In this document: positions 26,245 to 35,497 of the stretch, one piece after another
Numbering within the stretch: the stretch's first letter is position 1
How the letters are laid out: every line of letters starts with the position of its first letter
Assembly: GCA_964647565.1 (NCBI GenBank)
Contig: CAZYIM010000031.1
Coordinates: forward strand, 1-35,497
Reading direction: 5' to 3'
DNA length: 35,497 nt
Source: an uncultured Methanosarcinales archaeon
GTDB taxonomy: Archaea; Nanobdellota; Nanobdellia; Woesearchaeales; CAZYIM01
Notes under the pieces: generated by a model
What the model was told of the DNA's origin: nothing
Databases searched by the model: none
The model's input: only the letters and a program-made list of their open reading frames with translations
Position numbers and translations under genes: made by a program

Positions 26245-28782
26245 TTAGCTTAATTTTTTCTTCATTTCCTCAAGCTCTGTTAAAAAACGTTTAATAGTAT
26301 TATTCAAGTGTTCTGGTTGAGTATTTAAGCATATCGCTGTAATATTGAGGATATCGCCTGAAGACACTTCTTTCGAAACTAGCTCAAGCTCTTTAATATC
26401 AATTTTTTTATTCTTTTTAACAGCTTTTCTGGCTGTTTTCCATTTCTCAAATAACTCCTTAGCTCTTGCAGGCACTTGGTTGGTGGCGCAGCCTAAAATA
26501 TTCGCAGTCTCCTCAAGAACATTCTTATCTCTCAAAAAGAAATTCTCAGCCGCTTTTCCTGCAGCAAACTCTATACGAACAACACCGTCTTGTATTTTAG
26601 AGGTTTTAAGAATCCTAATGTTCTGACATTCTCCAGTCGTATTAAGATGAGTACCTCCACACGCTTCGATATCAAAGCCCGGAATCTCAACAACTCTAAT
26701 CTTTTTACCAGGAACAGCACCCCCCTGATATAACCGAAAACCATATTTGATCTCCGCAAGGTTTCTTGGCATAAAGCTCTTGTAAACTGGAAGATTTTTC
26801 TTCACTAGGTCATTAGCGAGGTCTTCGATGTTTTTTAAGTCCTCCTCTGAAAGCTGAGAAAAATGAGTAATGTCAAGTCGCGCTTTTTCCAAAGACTTAG
26901 ATGCTCCTGCCTGCCAAATATGATTCCCTAAAAGCTTCCTAGCAGCCCCATTAATAATATGTGCTGCAGTATGATGTTGGGCAAGCTGAAGTCTCCTGTC
27001 TATATCAACCTCACCTTTAATCATATCACCCTCCTTAAACTCAGGTTTTTCAGCTAAAGCATGGATAATTATCGCGCCCTGCTTGAAAACATTCAAGACT
27101 CTCTGCCCATTTAGAGTACCTAAATCATGCAGCTGGCCGCCCGAAGTAGGATAAAAAACAGTCTTATTCAGGATAATGTTATTATCGAGTATCTTTAGAA
27201 CAAAAGATTTTGAATTGATCAAATCATAATGGTCAAAATATAGTGCTTCTGTAGGCTCTACACCTTTAAGGTCTAATTCCTCAGTTTGTTTGGTCTGTGT
27301 CGGTTGTTCACTTGCCTCATGTAACGCTGCAATCTTACCATAGAAATTTTCAGGAATTGAAAGCTCGATATTTGCCGCATCTGCCTCAGATGTTACAAGT
27401 TCGGGATTAATGCCGTGAGTATCATAAAGCTCGACAAGTTTTTTTTCATCAATCTTTTTTGATATGATCTGGCGGATTATCTGTTTGCTTCTTTTTTTGG
27501 TCTCCCGATATTTTTTCTTCTCAATGTCCAAAATATTTGATACATCATTCAGGCTTTCTTTTAATTCTGGGAAAATAGGTTTTAGATAATCCGCATGCCA
27601 ATTGCAGACTTCGGGTAAGGAAACATGCCAGTTAAACCTGTCTATAAAAGCTAAAGCGCGCCTAAGCATAACCCTTAGATTATAGCCACCTCCAACATTA
27701 CTTGGAAGGGCACCATCAGAAAGTGCAAAAAGCAGGGAACGGCTATGCTCAGCAACTGAATAGATTCCTGAAAGGGGAATTATGATCTTTTTCAAATCTT
27801 CAACATCCATCCCAACCTGTTTGGACACCTGCTGCCATGCCTTGTTAATATCATCAACCTCATCAAGGTTCAGCAAACCTGCATAAGGAACAAATTTCTT
27901 AAGCAAAGCCTCATCAACCTTAAAACCAGTCACAGTCTTGAGCTTTTTTATAACATTAGGAAAGATAGCATCATAGATGGTGTTAGAACCTTGGGAGAAC
28001 CATGCATTTCGTTCCATACCCATACCCATATCCAGAACCTTGATTTTCAGATCCTTGACTCCCTTGGGAGTTTGCTCATAGAGCATATAGACCTGATTAC
28101 CAAGCTCACAACCTCTCGAAAAGAACTCCATACAGCATCCCAGATTGCCTCCGCCAGCCCAAGCATCCTCATGATAGACTACTTCCTTGTTGGGAAGACC
28201 CAACCCATCTTTGATCCATGTCTGGATGTCCCTAAATACCCTATTTTGGTCCCAGTCTTCAGGTTCTACAAACATGTGCTGACCAATCATAACAAAACCA
28301 GTGTTATGGGACATAGTGATTCCCACATTATCAATATCTCCAAATCTCAAACAGAACTGAGGGATAACCAAAGGATTCGCAGGAGGATCCACCTCTCCTG
28401 AAATAACATAAGGTTGAAATGCAGCAATAGATGCATTTGTATACTCCATGGTCGGATTCCATCTGGCTACTACAGGATATCTCTTGATAGGGGCATATCC
28501 TAATTTCTTGAACATTTTGGCAAATTCCTGCCAGATCTCAACATAAGTCATAGGCTTTTTTGCAGGTGTCTTGCCAATAAATGAGAAACTCTCACCTTCG
28601 ATGCACGCAGGGTCGCCACAGAACGATCTGTTCGCATCTGTACTCCAGAAGGGCTTGTGGCATTTCTCACAGATACCTCTAATATAACCTTGTTCTTTAA
28701 GCACCTCTGTAGCGAAGTATTTATCAGGATCCTTCCAGAAGATCGGCTTGTACTTCTTTTTAATATCTTTATCAGAGAGCAT
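26245..28782 (-). CDS. alaS: Alanine--tRNA ligase, archaeal type
   Basis: CEKC/CGDPAC N-terminus, RYPVVARW, QFCLRF, WAGGG, GGQLHD, HHTAAH and EACGGTH editing motifs. Confidence 0.97.
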   Translation of the reverse strand: MLSDKDIKKKYKPIFWKDPDKYFATEVLKEQGYIRGICEKCHKPFWSTDANRSFCGDPACIEGESFSFIGKTPAKKPMTYVEIWQEFAKMFKKLGYAPIKRYPVVARWNPTMEYTNASIAAFQPYVISGEVDPPANPLVIPQFCLRFGDIDNVGITMSHNTGFVMIGQHMFVEPEDWDQNRVFRDIQTWIKDGLGLPNKEVVYHEDAWAGGGNLGCCMEFFSRGCELGNQVYMLYEQTPKGVKDLKIKVLDMGMGMERNAWFSQGSNTIYDAIFPNVIKKLKTVTGFKVDEALLKKFVPYAGLLNLDEVDDINKAWQQVSKQVGMDVEDLKKIIIPLSGIYSVAEHSRSLLFALSDGALPSNVGGGYNLRVMLRRALAFIDRFNWHVSLPEVCNWHADYLKPIFPELKESLNDVSNILDIEKKKYRETKKRSKQIIRQIISKKIDEKKLVELYDTHGINPELVTSEADAANIELSIPENFYGKIAALHEASEQPTQTKQTEELDLKGVEPTEALYFDHYDLINSKSFVLKILDNNIILNKTVFYPTSGGQLHDLGTLNGQRVLNVFKQGAIIIHALAEKPEFKEGDMIKGEVDIDRRLQLAQHHTAAHIINGAARKLLGNHIWQAGASKSLEKARLDITHFSQLSEEDLKNIEDLANDLVKKNLPVYKSFMPRNLAEIKYGFRLYQGGAVPGKKIRVVEIPGFDIEACGGTHLNTTGECQNIRILKTSKIQDGVVRIEFAAGKAAENFFLRDKNVLEETANILGCATNQVPARAKELFEKWKTARKAVKKNKKIDIKELELVSKEVSSGDILNITAICLNTQPEHLNNTIKRFLTELEEMKKKLS

Positions 28783-28865
28783 AATATAAAGTTAAAATAT
28801 AACATTTATATATATTATCCTTTTTTGGGAAAAAGTTTTATAGAACAGGAGGCTAACAGATTACT

Positions 28866-30332
28866 GTGACCTATCTAAAAGCAAGATTTGAAGGGAAGAT
28901 ATTCAATTTCAACTATCTCGCTGGAAGTGAGACATTCCCAATACAAAAAAAGCTTTTTGGAATGACAATTGGTCAGTTAATTGGAATTCAAAAACCTGAA
29001 TACTATTGGCTAGTTATGGATAAGGAAAAATTAGAGGCTTTGGGGATCAATCTTCTAAACAAATTCATTAAAAAACCAGAAAAGTTCGATATCTTTCTAA
29101 AAGACTGTGCAAAACAAAACAAACAATTTAGAGTTATAAGTTCCGCCTTTGAACAAGTGGACCTTAGGGCATGTTCAGACATAGAACTCATCAAATGGTA
29201 TAATAAATTTAGAAAAAAAGCAGTCGAAATATTTTCCTTATTTTTTCCACTTTGCGAATCAATATGTTTAATCATAAGAGGAACAATAAAAAAACTTATC
29301 GAGCAACATAATCAACTAGTTAACGATAAGCAATTTGATGCTCTAATCTCCCCAAATTGGAAATCTTATATCCAGGAAGCAGAAGAAAATATTACTCTTA
29401 TTGCAGATATGATAAATAAAAAAAAGCCTACCTTCTTCAAATTAGAACCTCGAAAGATGTTAGCAAAACTGAAAGTTGACGCTCCAGAAATATATAACCT
29501 GCTCGAAAGGCACACCAATCTATTCTGGTTTAGCTACTCATCATATCAAAACATAACCCGTGCAGACAGCATATTCTTCATAAAACTTTTAAAACATATG
29601 AAAAACAATCAGCAACTAATAAGTTCTCCCAAAAAAAATAAGAAAGCGCTATTGAAATCTATCAAAGCTTCAAAAGAACTTATAACATGTATAAACGTAT
29701 TAGATAAAACAGGCGCTATTCACGATCAAAGAAAAAGCATCATGATTAGAGTGGCGTATTATTTCAAACAGATTCTTGATGAACTTGGAAATAGGCGAAA
29801 TATGACTTTTGACCAACTCACATTTCTTCGTCCAGAGGAAATAATAGAGATCGCAAAGAACAAGAATTTTTCAAGATTAAAAATGCAACAGATCATAAAA
29901 AATCATAAAAATTCCATTGTTACTTTTAACATCAAGGGCACTAAAATACTAACTGGAATAGAAGCAAGAAAAGAAGAGAAGAAATTTTTCCAATTTGAAC
30001 AAAAAAACACTCTCAAAGGCACATCCGCGGCTCCAGGTAGTATAAAAGGAATTGTAAAAATCATACTGTCAATCAAGGATAAAAATAAGCTAAAAAAAGG
30101 AGAAATACTTGTCACCAGCCATACAACTCCCGATTGGATAGTCATCATGAAAAAAGCTAAAGCTATCCTTACAGAAAGAGGAGGCATAACTAGCCATGCA
30201 GCTATTGTATCCAGGGAATTAAACATACCCTGTATTGTTGGAATCAGAAATGTAACCGCTCAACTGAAGGATGGTCAACTCATCGAAGTAGATGCTGACA
30301 AGAACAAAATTAAGATCATAAAGCAATCCTAA
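28866..30332 (+). CDS. PEP-utilising enzyme mobile-domain protein lacking an ATP-grasp domain (PPS/RPH-like)
   Basis: C-terminal LKGTSAAPG, GEILVTSHTTPDW, TERGGITSHAAIVSRELNIPCIVG; helical N-terminal region. Confidence 0.88.
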   Translation: MTYLKARFEGKIFNFNYLAGSETFPIQKKLFGMTIGQLIGIQKPEYYWLVMDKEKLEALGINLLNKFIKKPEKFDIFLKDCAKQNKQFRVISSAFEQVDLRACSDIELIKWYNKFRKKAVEIFSLFFPLCESICLIIRGTIKKLIEQHNQLVNDKQFDALISPNWKSYIQEAEENITLIADMINKKKPTFFKLEPRKMLAKLKVDAPEIYNLLERHTNLFWFSYSSYQNITRADSIFFIKLLKHMKNNQQLISSPKKNKKALLKSIKASKELITCINVLDKTGAIHDQRKSIMIRVAYYFKQILDELGNRRNMTFDQLTFLRPEEIIEIAKNKNFSRLKMQQIIKNHKNSIVTFNIKGTKILTGIEARKEEKKFFQFEQKNTLKGTSAAPGSIKGIVKIILSIKDKNKLKKGEILVTSHTTPDWIVIMKKAKAILTERGGITSHAAIVSRELNIPCIVGIRNVTAQLKDGQLIEVDADKNKIKIIKQS

Positions 30333-30385
30333 TAAAAAAAACTTAAAATTTTCAATCTTGAATATTTGTAAAATTTTTATTTTAC

Positions 30386-30528
30386 GGCTCTGTCAAGAAT
30401 GCTTACACTGAAAATTTTCCCGCGCTTCGCATCCATTATGTTATCGACTGTAAACCGATTCTATTTTAATCAGATCCTGCACACTTGGCTACGCTAGGCG
30501 GGATAAATCCTCCTTTCTGAATAGAGCC
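30386..30528. mobile_element. MITE-like element, 143 bp, GGCTCT terminal inverted repeats
   Basis: Left end GGCTCTGTCAAGAA vs reverse-complemented right end GGCTCTATTCAGAA (11/14); inner IR TTTTCCCGC/GCGGGATAAA; GC-richer than flanks; no clear TSD. Confidence 0.5.
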
Positions 30529-30573
30529 AGTTTTTCAAAATCTTTATAAACTTCTATCAATCTCTCGCAAACA

Positions 30574-31152
30574 ATGCTAAGAAGAATCCAACGAAGAAAA
30601 GAGAAACGCAACAAGATAATCATAGGTATTGTAATGGCATTCCTGATGGTCATGAGCATAGGAGGTATCATGATAGGCAGTATTGGCGGCAACGAACTAG
30701 AGTACAATGGCGTCAAATTCACACAGCAGGAGAATGTTTATGTTGCCCAGTTTGGAGATGAGACGTTGGGTTTTAACTATTTACCTTATCAAGTAGAAGA
30801 CATGAATGTTTCAAAAGAGGCGCTTGACCTTTGGAAAAACGCACAGGTATTGATCATAACCTTTGATCCGGATTCTGCTGATGTTACATTTACCGACCTT
30901 CTCAGGTTTGACTTAGAAACAACTTCCGGCAAGTTTATCGTAGGTGCAACCAACAAGGAAACTGACAAATATGATTTGCCTGTGTTAAACTGCGAAAATG
31001 CAACTGCAAGCCAGCCAGTATTATTCCTTAAGAGCGAAGAATTGACTACTATTGAACTAGAAGGTAATTGCATTATTGCCACTGCTAATAATTTTGAATT
31101 TTTAAAGATACGAGACAGATTACTTTATGATTTATTCGGTGTGATGGAATGA
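30574..31152 (+). CDS. Membrane-anchored hypothetical protein, paralog of the next gene
   Basis: N-terminal TM; YNGVKF, FNYLP, ITFDP, LNCEN, GNCII; ends DRLLYDLFGVM. Confidence 0.8.
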   Translation: MLRRIQRRKEKRNKIIIGIVMAFLMVMSIGGIMIGSIGGNELEYNGVKFTQQENVYVAQFGDETLGFNYLPYQVEDMNVSKEALDLWKNAQVLIITFDPDSADVTFTDLLRFDLETTSGKFIVGATNKETDKYDLPVLNCENATASQPVLFLKSEELTTIELEGNCIIATANNFEFLKIRDRLLYDLFGVME

Positions 31153-31784
31153 AAGAACAAATTATAGAAGAGGAAAAGAAGTTATCTGACAAGCCATTAA
31201 TAGGCGCTATATTGATTCTAGTAATAATCGCAGGCATTTTCATAATTGCCATTAATATCCAAAAGTCAATACAAAAAAAGATCGTACTGGAGAACGCCTA
31301 CAACAACTTTCCGTTTGTTGAAAGCGAGGGTAAGTGGTATACAGAAGTAGATATAGGCGGCCAAGCCTATGTTATACCTTTCTATTATCATCCAAGAGAT
31401 CTTGAAGATATTAAGTATGAACCCAATGTAGAAAAAAAACTGACTGTCAACAAACCAGAACAAATCTATATTACTTTAGATCCTGATCTTCCAGCTATTG
31501 CAACTGTTGCAGGAGTCCAGATATCAAGAATTACTGGAGAAAGATACCAGATGATGAACATCTTGACTAAAAGTGCTTTTACAAGGTATCCTGGCTTTGT
31601 AAGTAAATCACCAATAATCACTTGTGAAGATTCCAACAGCAAGATAGCGGTTATAAAGATGCATTATGGAGATGAGACCAGTATCAGTTCTGAGGATAAT
31701 TGCATCATACTTACAGTTGATGAAGCAAATGAGACAGTCAGGCTTGCTGAAAGACTGACATTAGAAATGTTAGGAATTATGTGA
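31149..31784 (+). CDS. Membrane-anchored hypothetical protein, paralog of the previous gene
   Basis: N-terminal TM; YNNFPF, FYYHP, ITLDP, ITCED, DNCII; ends ERLTLEMLGIM; ATGA overlap with the previous gene. Confidence 0.8.
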   Translation: MKEQIIEEEKKLSDKPLIGAILILVIIAGIFIIAINIQKSIQKKIVLENAYNNFPFVESEGKWYTEVDIGGQAYVIPFYYHPRDLEDIKYEPNVEKKLTVNKPEQIYITLDPDLPAIATVAGVQISRITGERYQMMNILTKSAFTRYPGFVSKSPIITCEDSNSKIAVIKMHYGDETSISSEDNCIILTVDEANETVRLAERLTLEMLGIM

Positions 31785-31785
31785 T

Positions 31786-33681
31786 CTATTTCTGATTCTT
31801 CAGTTCAACCATTTTATCATAGATTCTCCAGGGTCCCCTAACATCATCCTGGTTGTACTCGATCATAACTTTCTTTAGAATTTCTTTTTCTGCTTTAGGA
31901 GTTGCCTTATTTGTAAATTGTTTGTACAGGACTTCAAATTCTGCACCATCCACCTTACCTATTCTCTCGTCTTCCCGCCAATGAAAATCAAAAACCTTTG
32001 GAAGCAGTACTTTAATTGAGTTTGAATGTATGGGTGCTGCAAGACATTTCCTGGCATAGGGCAAAAGATCAACCAGGTTATCCATGATCTTATCTTCAAT
32101 ATCAAATAAGTCATTGCCATACTCCTTTAGCAATTTGTTATAATGGGTGTCAAACATATATTGAAAATGAGTCTTTTCATAATGCGAGTAATGGAAGAAC
32201 TTGACATCATCATCGATTTCTTTTACAAAATCACAGAACTCTTTTAAAATCTTAAATTCATCAGAGGGTTTTTCTGCAAAAAGAGTAAGCTCTTTAAGCT
32301 TCGAATATCCTCTAATATCCTGGCCTATCATGATGATATTATTTGAAGCTTCATCCTCCTCAAAATCGATCTGAATAGCCACTTTGGGCTCGGGTATGTC
32401 GGGAAACTCCAAGGGCGTACCATCATATTTTTCAATTTCAGCATTATCTTTGTAAGAGAGTACAGCTTTCTTTTTCCAAGCAAGAGCGCCTCTTCGAATA
32501 TTCTTGATTGTCTTTTCACCAAGTTTATAAGGTACTCTAAGCGTAGTAAGATCTTCAACTTCAAGCATGTCATCAACAGTCATTACTCCTTTTTCATTCA
32601 GTGCGACTTTTTTGGACTTGCCGACACCAGATACAATAGAGATATCCTGATTTTTAACGGCCATGTCATAACAATGATGTATATATTCACACATAACGCA
32701 ATCAGAACAGATGGTTGGCGTGGGTCTTTCTTTAGGAGATTTTATATCTCTAATTGCTGAAAGAATATTAGGATATTCTTTTTCAATCAGATCACTTTTT
32801 TCTGTAATTTTTATCTGGTACTTGACTGGCTCCTCTTTGTGCTGTGCAGCTCTATATTTCTTTCTAAGATCCATCAATTGGCTTCTAAGTTCTCTTCGAG
32901 TCTCATAGTATTGAGTATCTTTTCTCTGGTCTTGATAAGTCTCTTTGAGTGAAGTAATATCATCTTCAACAGCTTCGACTTCTTTTTTTAGATCTAGCCG
33001 CTTTCGACTTAAGCGTTTAAGCTTCCTTTCTAATTTGTCCAAACCACCATTCTCAAAAGAAAATATCTCAAAGACCTTTCTTGGGCCTCTACTTTGGTTA
33101 TATAGGAAAGCATTCTGTGGCCTTGAGCCTTGCATGGATTCCAACAGATGCAGATAGTGTACAACCTGGGCAATCTGTTCTCCTTTAGGTTCATGAGAAC
33201 TTTTGATATCTATTGGTTGGTATTGATAATTTCGTTTTTTCCCACCAATCTTGCTCTTGATTCCATCAATCCTGATCAAAAGGTCAGGGATTCCCATGGT
33301 ATGATTTTCATGATCCATAAGATTTGCTTGATATATGTACTTATGCCCTTCTTGCATCAAATGGATAGTATGGTCATATCTGGCTTGTTCACCAGAACCT
33401 CTGACTTTAGGAACATCCTCGCCTTTTTTAACAAGTTTGTCAACAACCTTAGTCTCAAACCTTTTACCCTCTGACATCAGAAACTGGATAAAGGCCTTCA
33501 TAGGTTCTTTGATAGAATATTTCTTTTCGTCGTCGTATAGAAATTCATTGCTGAGTTTGGTCCAGCAGAAGTTATAAAGGAATAAATCGCTACCTGAAAT
33601 CCACTCAATCTTCTCTTCATGAGTCTTTTTCTTCCTCTTTTTCAAGGCATCTTTTACAATACCAGTTAGCTTATTAGCCAT
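31786..33681 (-). CDS. TM0106-family RecB-like nuclease (PD-(D/E)xK + HhH + RNase H-like domain) with a coiled-coil insert
   Basis: GIPDLL..PIDIKSS..QVVHY, CSDCVMCEYIHHC, VSGVG, IDFEED, HYSHYEK, SIKVL, YNQDDV. Confidence 0.87.
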   Translation of the reverse strand: MANKLTGIVKDALKKRKKKTHEEKIEWISGSDLFLYNFCWTKLSNEFLYDDEKKYSIKEPMKAFIQFLMSEGKRFETKVVDKLVKKGEDVPKVRGSGEQARYDHTIHLMQEGHKYIYQANLMDHENHTMGIPDLLIRIDGIKSKIGGKKRNYQYQPIDIKSSHEPKGEQIAQVVHYLHLLESMQGSRPQNAFLYNQSRGPRKVFEIFSFENGGLDKLERKLKRLSRKRLDLKKEVEAVEDDITSLKETYQDQRKDTQYYETRRELRSQLMDLRKKYRAAQHKEEPVKYQIKITEKSDLIEKEYPNILSAIRDIKSPKERPTPTICSDCVMCEYIHHCYDMAVKNQDISIVSGVGKSKKVALNEKGVMTVDDMLEVEDLTTLRVPYKLGEKTIKNIRRGALAWKKKAVLSYKDNAEIEKYDGTPLEFPDIPEPKVAIQIDFEEDEASNNIIMIGQDIRGYSKLKELTLFAEKPSDEFKILKEFCDFVKEIDDDVKFFHYSHYEKTHFQYMFDTHYNKLLKEYGNDLFDIEDKIMDNLVDLLPYARKCLAAPIHSNSIKVLLPKVFDFHWREDERIGKVDGAEFEVLYKQFTNKATPKAEKEILKKVMIEYNQDDVRGPWRIYDKMVELKNQK

Positions 33682-33729
33682 ATAGAGGTTAAAAACGCGT
33701 ATGAATTTATAAATGTTTTGAAAAAAAGA

Positions 33730-33915
33730 CTACTTCGGAGTGGTGATGATTCGAGCAACACTTTTTTTAGCATCAATCTCAACCAAATCACCGTCCTTAA
33801 AGACCTTTGTAGCTTTTTTCGTACCAATCAAACCAGGAATTTTCATCTCTCTTGTTATGATAGCTGCATGGCAGGTTATTCCGCCTACGTCTGCACAAAA
33901 AAATATTGAGTCCAT
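33730..33915 (-). pseudogene. C-terminal remnant of a PEP-utilising mobile domain
   Basis: DVGGITCHAAIITREMKIPGLIGTKKAT..DGDLVEIDA only; in-frame stop 5 codons upstream of the ATG. Confidence 0.7.
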
Positions 33916-33972
33916 ATTTCTTTCTGTTCATTAATGTTCATCAAAGGCCAAATAGATGGAACAGTTAGAAAT

Positions 33973-34713
33973 TTATTTTTTAGCTAAACACCACAACAAA
34001 TCAAAATTTGTCCGATATGCTTTTGCCACATCTTTACTTCTAATTAGTGTTGCAATTGGTTGTTCACTCCAAACCAATATTGCAACCATATCTCCAAAAA
34101 TCCAAGTGTTCGCAGGAGTTTCAAAATGATTAGGTAAGTATTTAATTTCAATATCATTTAATTCTTTATGTCTTTTTTTCATTCTGACTTTTTCATTATA
34201 TATTATTTTCATAGGTATTTCCCTTTCTTTTCTTTTTCTGTGGAAGATATGATAGTAAACAGGAAAAGTTTGTTTTAGTTTGCCTTCAGCACCAAAAATG
34301 TACATCGGTTTGCCAAGCCTAATAACATCTTCTGCAATTGTTTTAATTGCTCTTTTACCTTTAAAAACCGTTGCTTCCTGTGCTTCTTTAGATAGTTTTC
34401 GTTTCATATTAAGCTCAGGCAATATTTTTTCAATTTCTTTTTTATAATCATCAAGTTCATCCTTTTTTTGATCAAGATAGTTTAAAAGTTGGTGAGGTTC
34501 AACAACTTCAAAGTGTTTAATTTTCGATATCATAACATAGGTCACTATACCTTTTTCTATTAACCTCTCAAGCATATCATAAACTGCAGTCCTATGTAGC
34601 TCTACTTTTTTAATAAGAGCTCCAGCAGATGTTGAACCCATTTCTAATAAAGTCAAATAAACTTTAACTTCATTTCTTGTTAAACCAATTCTTAATAAAA
34701 TATCTGAATTCAT
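33973..34713 (-). CDS. TrmB family transcriptional regulator
   Basis: IGLTRNEVKVYLTLL..G...HRTAVYDMLERLIEKGIV; C-terminal effector domain (IFGDMVAI, FDLLW). Confidence 0.92.
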   Translation of the reverse strand: MNSDILLRIGLTRNEVKVYLTLLEMGSTSAGALIKKVELHRTAVYDMLERLIEKGIVTYVMISKIKHFEVVEPHQLLNYLDQKKDELDDYKKEIEKILPELNMKRKLSKEAQEATVFKGKRAIKTIAEDVIRLGKPMYIFGAEGKLKQTFPVYYHIFHRKRKEREIPMKIIYNEKVRMKKRHKELNDIEIKYLPNHFETPANTWIFGDMVAILVWSEQPIATLIRSKDVAKAYRTNFDLLWCLAKK

Positions 34714-34748
34714 ATAACTAGTTTTATTTCGTTCTATTTAAATTTTTC

Positions 34749-34777
34749 TTTTGTTATAATATTTCTTTATAACAAAA
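34749..34777. promoter_or_regulatory. Perfect 11-bp inverted repeat between divergent trmB and ABC binding-protein promoters (candidate operator)
   Basis: TTTTGTTATAA-N7-TTATAACAAAA. Confidence 0.55.
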
Positions 34778-34822
34778 ATTAATATACCCTCCCACAGTAC
34801 TGACTACTATTAGGTGAACAAA

Positions 34823-35497
34823 ATGAAGAAAACATCGAAAACATCATTACTCTTGATTAGTATTATTGTGTTGATTGCCCTAGTATGTTCAACACTATAC
34901 TTGTTAAAAGATTCAGAAAGTACAATTACAGGAAACGCCATATACGATGAAAAAGAATCAGTGAAAATTGGTTATAGAGGTCACTTATTATATTTGCCAG
35001 CGTATGTTGCTGAAGCCAAAGGCTATTATCAAGATGAAGGACTCAGAGTTGACTTAATCAAATTCGCATCTACAAATCAACTTGTTGAAGCAGTTTTGGC
35101 AGGTGAAATTGACGCAGGTGTTGGCGGAGTCAATGCCTTAGTGCCCTTGATGATTGAAGGAAAAACACAGGGATCCTTGAAAATATTCAATTTAGGCATC
35201 TTCACCAAAGAGTTCAGTGCACTTCTTGTAGAAAAAGATTCAGATATTCAATCAGTTCAAGACTTAAAAGATAAGACAATATCGTCTTTTCCGGGAACAG
35301 CAGCAAAAGTCTGGGTGGAATTAATGCTTGAACAAGAAGGATTGGACGGCAAAGTGACTGTTGTTCGAACAGCACCCTCTCAACAATTAAATGCATTAGG
35401 TTCAGGTAGTGTAGATGCAATCTTTGTTTTAGAACCGCTTGCCACAATAGGTGAATCTAGAGGAATTTCAAGAACTCTTATCGAAGGTCCAATTTCA
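34823..35497 (+). CDS. ABC transporter substrate-binding protein, NMT1/THI5/TauA-like, truncated by the window edge
   Basis: Not in the ORF track. Manual translation MKKTSKTSLLLISIIV...ITGNAIYDEKESVKIGY...LPAYVAEAKGYYQDEGL...QDLKDKTI..PGT...VDAIFVLEP; SD AGGTGA. Confidence 0.9.
   Translation, partial: MKKTSKTSLLLISIIVLIALVCSTLYLLKDSESTITGNAIYDEKESVKIGYRGHLLYLPAYVAEAKGYYQDEGLRVDLIKFASTNQLVEAVLAGEIDAGVGGVNALVPLMIEGKTQGSLKIFNLGIFTKEFSALLVEKDSDIQSVQDLKDKTISSFPGTAAKVWVELMLEQEGLDGKVTVVRTAPSQQLNALGSGSVDAIFVLEPLATIGESRGISRTLIEGPIS

Noticed and set aside
31786..33681. Cas4/CRISPR assignment or an intein in the nuclease
   Set aside because: The C-terminal RNase H-like domain fits TM0106; no array or cas1; the insert lacks C...HN intein ends
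623..35447. Numerous short antisense or alternate-frame ORFs in the track (e.g. 6345..6680, 16733..17164, 27991..28401, 35214..35447)
   Set aside because: Nested within well-supported genes and without motifs
1..35497. Prophage, transposase or alternative genetic code
   Set aside because: No capsid, terminase, integrase or transposase motifs; conserved genes end normally at TAA, TAG and TGA

Overview
AT-rich archaeal chromosomal segment, most consistent with a DPANN Woesearchaeota/Pacearchaeota-type genome. This is an inference from the archaeal AlaRS, oapABC, TrmB, stand-alone PEP-mobile-domain proteins, an 'ITGNAI' membrane-anchor motif and TATA promoters, many apparently leaderless. Housekeeping genes include dut, a MATE transporter, a radical SAM protein, tatD, an IMPase, oapABC, ArsR-iscS-iscU, yggS, alaS and an NMT1-type ABC binding protein, interspersed with unusual accessory genes. 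Highlights: (1) a tRNA-Val(CAC) with two non-canonical BHB introns (20/21 and 59/60), preceded by a tRNA-sized structured element that shares its 5' end; (2) five bacterial-looking lipoproteins, including a GWxTD-type protein with an altered motif, three of which share a CTATTG-N6-TATA promoter motif, suggesting a co-regulated surface or host-interaction regulon; (3) a ~966-aa protein with two metallophosphoesterase domains and a long coiled-coil insert; (4) two nucleases with atypical architecture; (5) a 143-bp MITE-like element; (6) two genes that appear to need non-ATG starts. All family calls come from reading motifs, not from database searches.
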